Of a stretch of 64,000 nucleotides of DNA, positions 1-12,761 are shown piece by piece; position 1 is the stretch's first letter, and the number at the start of each line of letters is the position of its first letter. Source of the DNA: Stegostoma tigrinum (Eukaryota); assembly GCF_030684315.1 (NCBI RefSeq), contig NC_081371.1, forward strand, positions 12,035,441 through 12,099,440, in the 5' to 3' direction. The notes beneath the pieces were generated by a model. It did not search any database. It had not been told where the DNA came from and saw only the letters and a program-made list of their open reading frames with translations. The translations under genes and the position numbers were made by a program.

Positions 1-860
1 TGACCAGGATTAAGTTGATCAAATGTGCTATAATCTTTATCTGTTTGTTGTGACGTAGCCTGTTTGTCTGCTAACCAGTCCCTGTTTTGCTAGTCTCCTT
101 CCAAGCCCTCTTAGTTTTTGTTTCATTTGTATAATCTTTCATCTTCATTCAACTTCCCCTTTTGAAATCAGGCTGCTTTTCGGCCCAACCATGTCATCTG
201 GTAACGAGTTCCACATTCTAACCACACTTTAAGTAGGAGAAACTTTGAAGGTGTTATTGAATTTTTTTAGTGATTTTTATATTACGTTTTTTTTGCCCCT
301 GGTTTTGATATCTTTTTATAACAGCAACGTCTTCACCATGTATGCTTCATCCAGTAATTTTAAAGATCTTTCCTGGCTCACCTTTTGCTGCCTTTTATCT
401 GGTGGGGAGAAAAAACCTTTGCCCATTCAGCAATCCCCTCATGGACATAAACTCTCCATTCTGGGGTCAGTCTTGTTAACGAGTTCCGTTGAGCAGCAGT
501 TGATCCCCAGAGCCAATCCTGAGTGTGTTTCACAGGTTCGTCTCCTTTTGTGTGTTGTTACCGTTTTGAAAGATAAACAGAAGGCTGTGGAGGTCAGATA
601 AATATAGAGACTGGGGGACAGGTCAGGAGAGTGGGGTTGAGAAATATATCCACCATGGCCGACTAGTGAAACATACTTCATGGGCCAAACACTCTAATTC
701 TACTCTATCTTATGGTCTAAAGCTGCATTCATTTATTATGAGAACCATGCTATTTTGTTATGTAACATTTCCTATTTGATGTGACCACATTAGAGCAGAG
801 TGAGGTCACGTTATTTTTCAGTGTTTTCAATTGCGCTTTTCTTTCCTCATTGTTTCCTAG

Positions 861-1049
861 GATTTTGTTGTGACTGTTATTTTTGCCTTCTTGTGGTTGG
901 TCTCCTCTTCGGCTTGGGGGAAAGGTCTGACTGATCTGAAATACTCTACAAACCCAGAAAACATCATAAAGAATATTGCATTATGCAAAGAACTGAATCA
1001 ATGTACTCCAGGAGGCATATCTGGTGTGGGAAGCTTGAATGTTTCTGTG
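861..1049 (+). CDS. SYPL1: Synaptophysin-like 1 (pantophysin), penultimate coding exon
   Basis: Acceptor tttcctag|GAT at 861, donor GTG|gtatgt at 1049/1050; 63 codons, phase 0-0. Encodes DFVVTVIFAFLWLVSSSAWGKGLTDLK...CKELNQC...GSLNVSV: TM3 and the second luminal Cys loop of the synaptophysin MARVEL domain. GSLNVSV fits SYPL1 better than SYPL2. Confidence 0.88.
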
Positions 1050-2159
1050 GTATGTGCCCTTAATTTTATTTGATCTGTGTCTACCTATCTTGTGGTTATT
1101 TCCCTGCAAGCAATTCAAAAATTTAGGTAATTGAGTTGCTGCTCAAAACATGCATTCGGTTCAGAAAATTATCAGCGTGCTCTTGGGGGTAGCGGAAGGA
1201 AAATCACTTTGGGAGAGTTACGTTTTTAGCGACTGCTTAATGTGATCTTCCTTTGGCTGCTTCTGATACCATTGTATCAATGTTTTGTGTGATTTGTATC
1301 GTACTGTCATTGGGTGTCTTTTAATCTGAAAACTACGGTTTTCTAATTCCACGAGAGAAGCCTGGCTCTAAGTGTTCTGAGAGTGATGGGGTGCTGCCTC
1401 AACTAATGCTCACAATAGAGGCCTCCATCATGTCATGTGTAATTGTCTTGCAACAAGTTTGGGTATAGCTCTGCAGCAAAAGAATGAGATCCATTACGAG
1501 AGTGAATCTCATCCCTAACTTTTGCTATGTCATGTAAGAGATATTACTGGCATTTGACAGCTGCACTTGTACTCTGGGGAAATTTTACTACCTTTTTTAA
1601 CCTTATTGGACATGCCATCAAAATAATAATCCAGACAGAAATGTTCCACTCCTAACATGGATGCTGAGGAATTTAAAATCAATTAATTAATCAACTTGAT
1701 TTTTAAAAGCTCATCTCAGTAGTAGAGACCATGGCATTGTTGGATTATTGTAAAAATCCTTTTGCTTAAACAACATCCTTTTTATTCGGGGAAAGGATAC
1801 CTGTTATCCTTGTTTAATTTTTAACAGTATGCGGTCGAATCTGAACCAGCCTCCTAAATAGCTTAGCAAGGCACCAAGTTGTAACCAAACTACCAAAATT
1901 ATTAATTATAATAAAACCCAATGACCAGTCTGCTTTGCCAAGTCCTCCATCAGTATTTGGGTTGGACCAAAATTGGGTCAACAAAAGCTAACACCTGCAT
2001 CATAGCTTTCAGTTGGTATTCCAGACTCAACCTCCACTATTGCCATGTCTCATCCCTTTGGATGGGCCCATCAAAGGTATATCAGTTTAATGACAGATAG
2101 TAATGTAAGAGAGGGTCTGGATCTCCTCCCTTTGTCTCCAGCTCCACAAATGATTTTTA

Positions 2160-2560
2160 ATTCTTTTGGGATGTGAGTGTCACTTGTAAGGCCAGTGTTT
2201 GATACCCGTCCCTAATTGCCCTTGAAGAGGTGATGGTGAACCACCTTTTTCTAGCTGTATCCACAGGCCTGTTTGGAAGGGTATTTCAGGAATTTGATTC
2301 CAAAACAATGAAGAAACAATTCCAGGTCAGGATGCTGTGCGGCCTGGAGGGGAACCTGCTGGTGGTGACTATCTCTCGTGGTTCTACAGTCCTTGTGCAC
2401 CAAAGATACTGATGGTAGAGCATTCTATAATAGTGCCATTGAAAGATATGGGGAAGATAGATAGATTATGTCTTGCTGAGGTGGCCGTTGCTTGGCACTC
2501 ATGTGACAATGTCATTACATAAAATCTGATAAGGAAACCTCCTGCTAATTGACGGTTCTT
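2160..2560 (-). mobile_element. 3' fragment of an L2/CR1-type LINE
   Basis: Reverse complement of the 3' tail ...caccacctcttcaagggcaattagggacgggt..., the same tail seen on + at about 59060-59140 and on the SINE at about 17200-17270. Confidence 0.55.
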
Positions 2561-2739
2561 GCAGTTCCTGAGTACATGCATCATGCTGCTGCATATTGAA
2601 CATCACGATACTTCTTCCAAGCATTACCTTCTAGCAAGGGCCCAGATTATACTTTGAATGGGGCCATCTTCATTTTGATCCCTAACCCTGACACTAACTC
2701 TTGCCCATCAGGAATGGCTTGGTAACACCACTACTCAAA

Positions 2740-4300
2740 GAATCGTACGGTACACAGCCTTGGATCGTTGAATCTGCACTGACAAGAAAACTGCTCTAAA
2801 TCAATACTAGACCCATCTTCCAGCCCATAATCTTGAATATTATGACCTCTTAAGTGCACATCGAAGTACCTTTATTCTTCCAAACATTGTGATTTTTTTT
2901 CACGCTAAACAGCCTCCCAAGCAGTGCATTCCAGATTTCCCACCACCGTCTGCAAGTCAACATTTTATCCCCTTCTAATCCCTTCTAAAGTTCCTGCCTT
3001 CTCCTTAAAACTAGGCTCCTTCATTAATGACCCTTCAATGGGACAGCTGCTTCTTGATCACCCTTGCTATGTCCCTCATAATCTTATAAACCTCTATCAG
3101 CTCTCTTCTCAGCTTTCACTGCTCTTAAAAAAAATCTAAGCTTAACTAGTACCTCTTCAGAGATAAATGATAGACATCGAGCTGAATGTCCAGTATAATC
3201 CCTCCAGTGTAATCACATCCTCCTTTAAAGTGCAGTGACCAGAACTGAATGCCAGCTGCAGCCTAACCCAAGTTTTTTGTACAGCTGTAATATAACTTCC
3301 CTACTCTTTTATAATCTTTGCCACAACTGATGAAGGCAAGTGTCCTGTATGCTGCTTTAACTACCCTATTAACCTGCCCAGCAGCCTTCAGGGATCAGTA
3401 GACAAGCACCCCAAAGTTTGTCTGTTCCACTGAGCTTCCTAATGTCCTGCCATTCATTGAGTGTTCCATTGTCTTGTTACTTCCTCCAAAGTGTATTACC
3501 TCACACTTATCAGTGTTAAATTCCATTTGCCAGTAATCTGCCCATTTGACAAATCCATTTATATCTTCCTAGGGCCTAAGACCACCTCCCTCACCACCAA
3601 CCACCACCCAATCTTTGTGTCATCTCCAAGCTTACTTATCACTATCATGCCCACACAGTCTTACCTACACCATGTAAACAGTTATGGACTTGGCACTGAT
3701 CCCTTTGGTATACCACTGGACACTGACCTCCTTTCTCACAAGTAGCCTTCAACCAACACCCTCTGTCTACTGGCACTAGGCTTGTTTTGGATCCAAATTG
3801 CAAGTTACCTTGAATATCATGTGTTTCTACCTTCCTTAGTCTCCCATGTGGCACCTTTGTCAAAGGCTTTGCTGAAATCCATATAAACCACATCAAATGC
3901 ACTGCCCTCATCTACACACCTGGTCACCACCTCAGAAATATTAAACCAGTTTTGTTAAGCATGGTCTTCCTGTGACAAAGCCATGCTGGCTGCCGTTGAT
4001 CAAATCTTGTCTGTCCAAGTGGAGATTAATTCTGTTTTGCAGAATTTTCTCCAACACTTTGCGACTGCTGATGTGAGACTCACTGGTCTAGAATTGCCTG
4101 GTTTATCTCTATCACCCTTCCTGTAAAGTGGAAACACATTAGTTGTCCTTCAATCCTCTGACACCTCCCTGTGGCCATACAGGAATTAAACATTTGGGTC
4201 TTCCTTTTGTATTCCAGGCTACTGTGGGAAATAAATCATCTGCAGCTGGGTATTTGTCCACTTTTTTTAGGCCCAACAAAACCTCCAATATCACCTCACT
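2740..4300 (-). mobile_element. Decayed CR1 LINE ORF2 fragment (intronic)
   Basis: Minus-strand remnants of CR1 RT motifs (cagcatggctttgtc = QHGF; tatatggatttcagcaaagcctttgacaag = YMDFSKAFDK; ggtgtaccaaagggatcagtg-like GVPxGSV) and a CR1 3' end. Confidence 0.8.
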
Positions 4301-4757
4301 CCGTATTGGACTCTGATTCTCGGTCTGAATCTTTGTTACAGTCTGCATAAGATTATTCCCCCTGATATCTGAAGCCCTCTTCCCTCCTCAGCCTGGGAGT
4401 AAGGGGATGGTGTATGATTAGGTTTTGAGTGAGAAAGAGCACACCTCATTTTGTCACTCTCTTTAGACAGTATAGGTTTTCCCAGTGCTGTCTGATTCTG
4501 AACAAATATCTGAATACCTGTGGAGGAGGAGATCGCAACATGCAGATACTCTCTTCTTTGTCCTGAGGTCTGTAAGCTACGGAGGCCTTCCAGTTTTTTT
4601 CTTACAGGACCATGTAGTCATTATTTTTTTTTTCCTCTTTTCCCCCGAAATCCTGATCAGGAGCGCATGATGGCCTGTACAATTCTTTGTTTTATAAATG
4701 AAACTTTAATTAGCCTTAAAATCAAGTTGAGGCTGTTGCTGTGTCACTTCAGTTTGA

Positions 4758-4913
<156 letters not shown>

Positions 4914-6700
4914 TTCTGCAGATGGAAATTTGTTGAGGCATGTGTTTCTAAACTCACCACAGCATACAGTAGGTTCCATAATCACTCATAACACTGCATA
5001 AGCTTAATGGGAAAATGCATCTGTTGTATTTGCTATTTGTGCTGTTGTGTCATATGCCTTTTTGATACGTTGGGGAGAAAAAAAATGAATGTGTGTAGTC
5101 CTATTGAAGTTGGGGTTTACAATGAAAGAATGTGCAGACATTGTCAGTGATAATGTCAATAATGTTACACCACACATGTAACACAGTGAAGCCCTTTCAA
5201 GATCCATCTAATATGCCAGCTATTTTCTTCCTTGGTTGGTGTTTGCAGAGTTTTTATCATGCACACTTAGGACTTGTAATGATCAGTAACTGACTACCTG
5301 CCAAATTCAGTGTTCTCCTATCTCAAGAAATATAAAAGACTTAGCTTGCATATTTACAAGCCCTTATGGATTACACAGAACAGCAGATTTCTCTTAAGTC
5401 TCTTTCAACTGAGGAAAAAGTTCGACTTTCTGTTTTTAAGGTTATCTTTCAATGGTTAGTCTCTGACTACTTCAACTATATTGTACTGAATGAAGATAGC
5501 TTGGTATGTGAGTGAAATTGATCTTTAATGGGCTGTGCTGTGTTACTCAATTCAAGCCATTGCAATGAGAAATATTTTTACTACAATACTGAAAAGTTAT
5601 CTTTTTTTGTTGCTTTGTCTACTTTCTTGTACAGAAATTATGGAAAGTGTTAAAGAAATTATTTTTTGTCCAAATCTGCATTGCTTTTTTGACAGGGGTG
5701 TTAAATCATTAAGTTTCCTTGGTGCAGTACTTGATAATAAATAGCACTTTCTCAAGTTTAATGTAGTCTTGCTTTGGGCTTGCTTGATTTGGGGTTTTTC
5801 TGTTTAGTAAAGCGAAAATCCTAATTGTCATCATGATCCACTTTCATTGTAAATTACGTGCCTTATAAAATGAAAGTCATTTGGTTAAGCTTGAAAATGT
5901 ATACCTATCCAAATCCTTGCTTGCTTTCTCTCAGTCCTGAATTTTTTATTTGCTGGTGCTGTTACTCCTTGGTTAAGAGCTGATGGCAAGTTGTGGTAAA
6001 GAACCAAATGTATTTGAGCTTTCTTTTTATATCTACATACGCACACTGCCTCTTTTTTGAATTTTTTTTTGGAACTGTGCTTTTCTGTTAATTCTCTGCT
6101 TCGTTAGAAGCTTATGAAGGAGGCAGCAGAAAAGGAGGAAAAAAAACGTGATTCGCCTCATAGCAATTGTCAAATTTATTCATGTAAGAATTCCAGATTT
6201 TCACCGAAGTCCCAAGTGCCTTTTCCTTATCAGACACTGGCTTGTGTTTTTGAAAATGGAATTCTCAGAACTGTCCGTGTATTTAGTTGGTGCTGCTGTA
6301 AGACATACCATCAGCTTAAAGCTGCGTCAAGTATTTTGCCAAACTTGATGAATGCTTTGGCCTCATGAGACGGTCTGTTCAATTTTAAAGGCCTCTGTTT
6401 AAGAATTCAGGAAACACAAATAAAAGATTTTCTGTTGACATAAATCCTTTGCATTTTTTTATTCAGATATAATTGTTACTGAAATAAGAGTGGGCGAAAC
6501 GCGTGCAAATTGAAATTGTACCGTAAACTTCTGTTGAAAGCATTGGAGTTTTATGATCGTTCAAAACTAACAAAAACTTCTGTACTTCATTTACCTAAAA
6601 GTGCTGTATCTTTTGTTTCTGGTTTTGGATTGGCTGAGTGTTGAATGTAGTCTCAGATGAAAGTGGTAGTTACAATAAATGTTTTGCACTTTTATATTTC
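4914..6700 (+). other. Probable SYPL1 3' UTR with alternative poly(A) signals
   Basis: Repeat-free, T-rich stretch after the stop; AATAAA at 5736, 6419 and 6674, the last followed by T-rich downstream sequence. Confidence 0.55.
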
Positions 6701-6999
6701 AATTTCTGGAATTATGAGTGGCTTTTTTTTGAAGCATCTCAAATTTCATAAATTTGATCACTTGTAAATTGAGTGCAAAGATTGGCTTTGGCTTTGGAGA
6801 CTTGCAGTGAAATATTTTCAATTTGAGACTCTGAATTTGAAATGTGGTTACTGCAGTGAATTGAAGGTGCCAGTTCTGTACCAGATTATAGCTTCCAGCT
6901 TAGCTTCTGGACGAAGCCACTAGCATGTGTTCTCTCCAGAAAGAGCATCCACCTCCACCAGAAAGGAAGAAAATCTGCCAATAAACAAAGGGATCAGTA

Positions 7000-7212
7000 A
7001 AAATAAAATACTGCAGATTCTGGAAATCTGAAATAAAAACTTAGTGGTGGAGGAACTCAACAGGCTTAGCAGCATCTGTGGAGAGAGAGACTGAGTTAAT
7101 TAATAACTTGAATTCTTCCAAAGAGCACGAGACATACTTGACTTGACATTTAACTGTGTTTCCTCAGCATGATGTTGCCAGACCCATTGAGTTTCTCCAG
7201 AACTTTGTCTTA
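7000..7212. mobile_element. Old fold-back Penelope-like terminal fragment
   Basis: actgcagattctggaaatctgaaataaaaac...ggaactcaacagg...gcagcatctgtggag followed by an inverted partner tgttgccagacccattgagtttctccag; degenerate version of the PLE terminus. Confidence 0.6.
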
Positions 7213-7294
7213 CTGATACCTTAAATAAAAACATAATTTTGTCATCCTCCTCAAAATATAGAGTTAACACCCAGCTGTTGGTATTTTACTTAAT

Positions 7295-7593
7295 GGGGCA
7301 GCATGGTGACTCAGTGGTTAGCATTGCTGCCTCAGTGCCAGGAACACTGGTTCAATTCCACCCTTGGGCGACTGTCTGTGTGGAATTTGCACGTTCTCCT
7401 GTGACTGTGAGGGTTTCTTCCGGATGCTCTGCTTTTCTCCCACAGTCCAAAGATGTGCAGACTAGGTGGATTGGCCATGCTAAATTGCCCATGGTGCTGA
7501 GGGATATGTAGATTAAGTGGGTTATAGAGGGATGGGTCAGTGTGGACTTGTTGGGCCGAAGGCCTTGTTTCCACATTGTAGGGATTCTATGAT
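7295..7593 (+). mobile_element. HE1-type (V-SINE) tRNA-derived SINE
   Basis: A-box tggtgactcagtgg, B-box ggttcaattcc, V-domain ctgtgtggaatttgcacgttctcc...cacagtccaaagatgtgc, CR1-type tail gggccgaaggccttgtttcc. Confidence 0.9.
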
Positions 7594-10500
7594 CGTTACT
7601 GTCAACTGTGTGCGGATTGCAAGCTGAATTCCCAAATGTAAACCCCCTCCATAAAACAGAAAGTTTGCTTTCTTCAAAATTTCTCTTTAGTATGTTCACA
7701 AATTAGTGGGCAGGAAAAGCTTTACTTCTGAGGCATCATAACTAAACGTCATACCTTCCCTTCCTCTACCTGCTCTTGATTTGGAAAAGGCAAAAGACCT
7801 TATGAGCTCAGAATCTTTGAACTTGTTTGGCAGGCTTATTTCATCACTTGTTTTTGTTCTCAATAGTTGTTCAAATGTAAGCAATGTTACGTTACGATTA
7901 TTCTGATGTTCTCTGCATTACAGTATTTCAGCATGTGCCTGTTGCAAAGGACAGAAGGAGGAACTGATCTGAGGATTGCGAAAGAGGGCTAGTGATTTGG
8001 AGACTTTGAGGAACAAAGCCAAGAAAATCAGTGTGAGGGAGTATCGTATAATGGTGGAAGGCTGAAGAGAAATTAATTCCTAGCATGGAGAAGTAGGATG
8101 CTGGTCGGGGGTGCTGTGAAGAAGGCATATCAAAGAGTTGGAAACTGTATAATTGATTTAAGGAGCAGAAATAGAGATGTGAAGGGGTGCATGTATTTGA
8201 GGAGTCAGAACAAGCTGAAAATATTGAGGGAGCAAATAAGATTTAAATGTTAGTTATATTCTAACGAGATAGAAAACAATGATTTGAAAGATTAAGTAAA
8301 GCAGCCAGAGAAATAGTTATTAATTCCAGGATTTGTCTGTAAAGAAACCATAGTTTACACCATGTCTCAATGCTTGAAGATTGAGTCTTAGACTCAGGTC
8401 AAGATAGTTTCTCCATTTGCAGACCATGGCTCCCAAGGAACTGAAACTAGCTGTTTCGTGTAAAGCTTATTCTTATTGGCCAGTATCTAGTTCTATGATA
8501 GTGTGACCTTTGTCTGAAATAGTAATTACTTTCTTATATAACCAAATACAATAATCTGGCGAATTAGTCATCCTGATATTTGAATGGTAGACTCATAAGT
8601 ACTTCACAAATAAATTAACGGAGTAGCTTGTAGATGAAATTCCACTTTCCAGCTCTGTAGCATTTTTATTACAAAATATGCCAGAGTCAGCCTGAATGTC
8701 GCCTTTTAGCAGTAAACAGCACTGTTCTTACTGTAACATCCTTGAGTCTGTCAGCCATGAACTCCAAGGAGAGATGATTCTCTGATTAGAATTTTCTTTA
8801 CAAACCTTCCTGATTACCTCCAATCTTTCTTTTCTTGGTGTTCTGGAAACCGACAGCCTAATTTTACAATATTTTTCCCAAGACTCCATGTCTCTTGGTA
8901 TTATATATGCCAGTTCCGTACTGGCAAGCCAAGTTAGGGACTACCAACTGCAGACTACCGTCTATAACCCTCTCTCTGACTTTTGGAGCTAGAACTAGAT
9001 CATTTGTAACCTTTGTGTCAGACTAAGTTCCTTTACAGAGGAAACTCATACCCTTGGTCTGGCTGACATGTAACTCCAGGCCTTTAGCAATGTGATTGAC
9101 TTTTAAATTGTCCTCTGGCGATTACGGATGGGCAGTTAAGGCCACCTTAGCCAGCATCCACATTTCCATAAGTGAATTTTTTGGGGGGAGTGAAAAAAGG
9201 ACTTTCAACCAAATGTGTATCATCTTGAGATCGTTTTTTTTTTTAATCACCTCCCTAACATCACCCAGATCCTCCATATATCAGCTCGTGTGCTGCTGAA
9301 ACTCTCAACTATGCTTCTGTTATGTTTAGAGATTACTATTCTACTGCAGAACTTGTTGGCTTCAGACATCCCCCCCCCCTCCATTAATATGAGATCGCCC
9401 AAAACTCTGCAACCCGCATCCTTACTCCAGTTTTTGTTTTCCACTTAGTGCTGTGCTTGCTGATCTACATTTGTCCCTCAGTTAGGCAACACCTCAATTT
9501 TTAAAATACTCATCCTCATGATTTTGCCCGTCCTTCTCCCTTTTCATCTCTCATTTGGTCTCATTTCAATTGCGCCCCCTCTCTGCCGCATCCTCCGCTC
9601 CCTCTCAGTCTCATCCCCTTCCACCCCCTTCCTGGTCTCATGCCACCTCCGTCTCTCTAATGTGCCCTACAATCCTCCTTTTAAGCATCTGAGTTTTAAT
9701 AACTCCACCAGTGGTGACTGTGCCTCATACTGCTGAGAGGGAGAACTCCAGAATTTAGGAATTTACCCATTTAGGAGGTTTTCAGCCTCTAATATAATGT
9801 TTTCATGTGATTCAGTGTGGAGTTTTGTTTTGTGATGCTCTAGTGAAGCTCTTAGGATGATTATTGCATAAGAGGAGCTAAATGAGAATAACTTAGAAAT
9901 GAATACAGTCTGCTTCGATGAAGAGCCGTCTGGACTCAAAATGGTAGTTTGCTGCCTCTCCACGTATGCTGCCTGACTTGCTGTGGTTTCCAGCACTCTT
10001 TTTTCCTCTCTTTTTCAGTACACGATCCAGTACCTTCAGTAGTTTGCACCTGAAAGTACAATTTGTTGTTCTTTAGACGTGACAACAAAGCCAATGTGGC
10101 AAGTGTGAAGATTTGGAAGAAAAAATTAAATTTTAGGTTGACCCTTTTGATCTGCATTTTTGTGAAAACAATTTTTTTGATAATTTCCGAGATGGCATGT
10201 GATTTATCATGTGACTCAGTTGCCACAGTTAAACAAAAGCAGAGAGGTTAACTTTGGGGTGAATAAGTTCCTCCTTGTCATATCTTGGGGCATTTCAGTT
10301 GTAGTTTAGCACCGCTGGAATGAAAGAAAAAATTCTTTAAGAAGGGGTTTAATTGAATCTTGGATAAAACAGTTAAAATTTGTTGTGTGAAGGATTCTGC
10401 TATTAGTGGGTTGAGTTTCTGATGTTGTCTTACAGTGCACATTGAGAGTTTTAGATGCAAAACTCCAAAATTAAAGCTTATTTGAACCAAGAGTTCTGAC

Positions 10501-11001
10501 AAGCGGCCACTATACTTGGATGGTAGAGAAATTTATTTCAGTGAGGACTTTACAAACATGGGACATTTGGGACAGATTTTTCCTATAAATCTCTCAAAAA
10601 TAAACAAAGCCCAAGAAATAATCACTCTTTGCATCTTCAGTGCAATATTCAGACCAAATAGTTAATCTTCCAGTTTTTGGTAAGCATCTGACATAAGTAT
10701 TAGGGTGGAAGTTTTTTATGATAGTTTGAAAGTGTATGTAAGGAATTTAGATTATGTGATTGAGTTTATTGTACTTCCAATGTCTTTAACTCTTCATGAT
10801 AGGGGAGTCATTAGATACTGTTTTCTCTTTAATTTTGGTGTGGTAAAATTATTGATCCAAACAGTAAATCTTGTGGCTTCATAATTTTTTTTCAGTAAAT
10901 ATCTAGGTTTTTGGAACCTTAAAAATAATTGGTCTTGATCAAGACATAACAAATTTTATTCCAGAAATGATAACAAATAGAAATAACATAGTTGATGTAA
11001 T

Positions 11002-11234
11002 CAGAGATAATGGGAACTGCAGATGCTGGAGATTCCAAGATAATAAAATGTGAGGCTGGATGAACACAGCAGGCCAAGCAGCATCTCAGGAGCACAAAAG
11101 CTGACGTTTCGGGCCTAGACCCTTCATCAGAGATCCCTCTCTGATGAAGGGTCTAGGCCCGAAACGTCAGCTTTTGTGCTCCTGAGATGCTGCTTGGCCT
11201 GCTGTGTTCATCCAGCCTCACATTTTATTATCTT
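11002..11234. mobile_element. Young non-autonomous Penelope-like fold-back insertion
   Basis: Perfect 97-bp inverted repeat (11037-11133 / 11138-11234, spacer tccc) plus a 35-bp one-sided extension; 14-bp TSD atagttgatgtaat (10988-11001, 11235-11248); nearly identical to the terminus of the 40031-45025 element. Confidence 0.92.
11138..11171 (+). ncRNA. Minimal type I hammerhead ribozyme motif (mirror copy on - strand at 11100-11133)
   Basis: CTGATGA (11141-11147), then a-GGGT-ctag-GCCC (stem II), then GAAACGTC (11161-11168): hammerhead core with palindromic ACGT stem III. Minimal hammerheads are known from PLE pseudo-LTRs. Stem I is only about 2 bp here. Confidence 0.7.
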
Positions 11235-12442
11235 ATAGTTGATGTAATAACAGGTTTCCTTTATCTGCCTTATCAGTATGAAGGTGGTGCTTGTTCTAGA
11301 GGCCGTTACAGATCAAAATAATCAATGCTTGTAATGTCAGTATATTTTCCTGTTTGGACCTTAATGCAACTCCTTGAGTAGCTTCCCGCCAAAGCATGAA
11401 GGGACAAGGCTTTAAGAACGTGGCATTACCAAGTCTATTCTCAGAGAACAAAGGGGCTGAGAGAAAATTTGGTTGCCTTAGAAACAGCAGATCCTCAGCA
11501 GTATATATCAGTAAAGATTGCACAGTCTTACAAGAGGGTAGTCACTCCCCATTATGGTAGGCAGGCAAGGAGGTGTGTAGAGATAACAGGTGAGTGGGTG
11601 ATATTAAGTCCAGGAAATGCAGGACTACTTGGAGCTGTCTATCTTTTTAGATGTGTATTTAATAACAAGTGAGTCAGGGTGGATGACTCTAGGGAAAACC
11701 ATAGTACAGTGGTGTCCTGAGGCAGCCCTGGGAAAAGAAAGAAAGGCTGATAGGCAGATTAGAAGGGTGGCGGTAGTAGTTATTGACTTAGTAGTTTGAG
11801 GGATAGACAGTCTAGTCTGCAGCTGTGATCGTGAATCCTGTAAGGTCTGCTGTCTCCTGGGTGCAAGGATTCTGAATATAATGGAACAGCTGGATGAATT
11901 TCTGGAAAGGAATGTGAAGAGCCAACGGTTGAGTTCATGTGTGGGCACCAAAGACATAGGGAGTGTCAGGTTGGAGGATTTGCAGGATCAATATCAGGAG
12001 TTAGGGAGTAGGTTCAAACACAGGGCCTCCAGGCAGAAATACTGCTTGTGAATGAGCTTCACTATTTAGCAAAGTCAGATCAGGGAGGTAATGAGTGACT
12101 TTAGGGAAGATGTAGAGGGGAGGGATTTAGATTGTTGGGACATGTGGATTTTTTTTGGGAAAGGAGAAAGCTGAAAGAGAGAAGGGCTTTACCTGAACAG
12201 AAATGGAACTAATCTCCTGACTGAGAAAGTAGTGTGGTGAGGGTGAATTTAAACTTGGAAAGCAGGGGTGTGTTGACTAATGAGCCTAGTTTTGGAAGTA
12301 TCAGTGAGGGCAAAAGAGAAAAAAATTGGGAACATAGAAAAGGAAGAGAGGGAACGCTTGAGCTTTGACAGCGAATGAAAAAATGCTCGTGCCCCAGTGA
12401 GCATGAAAGAGATCAGGGCAGTGTTAGATTAGATTAGTGTTA

Positions 12443-12761
12443 GCGGCACGGTGGCTCAATGGTTAGTACTGCAGCCTCACAGCGCCAGGGACCCGGGTTC
12501 GATTCCAGCCTCGGGCGACTGTCTGTGTGGAGTTTGCACATTCTCCCCATGTCTGTGTGGGTTTCCTCTGGGTACTCCGGTTTCCTCCCACAGTCCAAAG
12601 ATGTGCAGGTTGGGTGGATTGGCCATGCTAAATTGCCTGTAGTGTTCAGGGGTATGTGGGTTATCTGGGGATAGGTCTGGGTGGGATGCTTCAAAGAGCG
12701 GTGTGGATTTGTTGGGCCGAAGGCCCTGTTTCCACACTGTAGGGAATCTAATCTAATCTAA
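12443..12761 (+). mobile_element. HE1-type (V-SINE) SINE inserted in CR1
   Basis: gcggcacggtggctcaatggttag...gggttcgattcc...tgtgtggagtttgcacattctcccc...gggccgaaggccctgtttccacactgtagggaatctaatctaatctaa; interrupts the host CR1 near the ORF2 start. Confidence 0.92.

Noticed and set aside
870-1073. ORF-track 67-aa ORF as a stand-alone gene
   Set aside because: It is an internal SYPL1 exon bounded by AG/GT; the ORF start and end are artefacts of ignoring splicing.
7295-7370. tRNA gene (also 12443, 16842, 30745, 54008)
   Set aside because: The A/B boxes are SINE heads continuing into SINE bodies; no complete cloverleaf seen.
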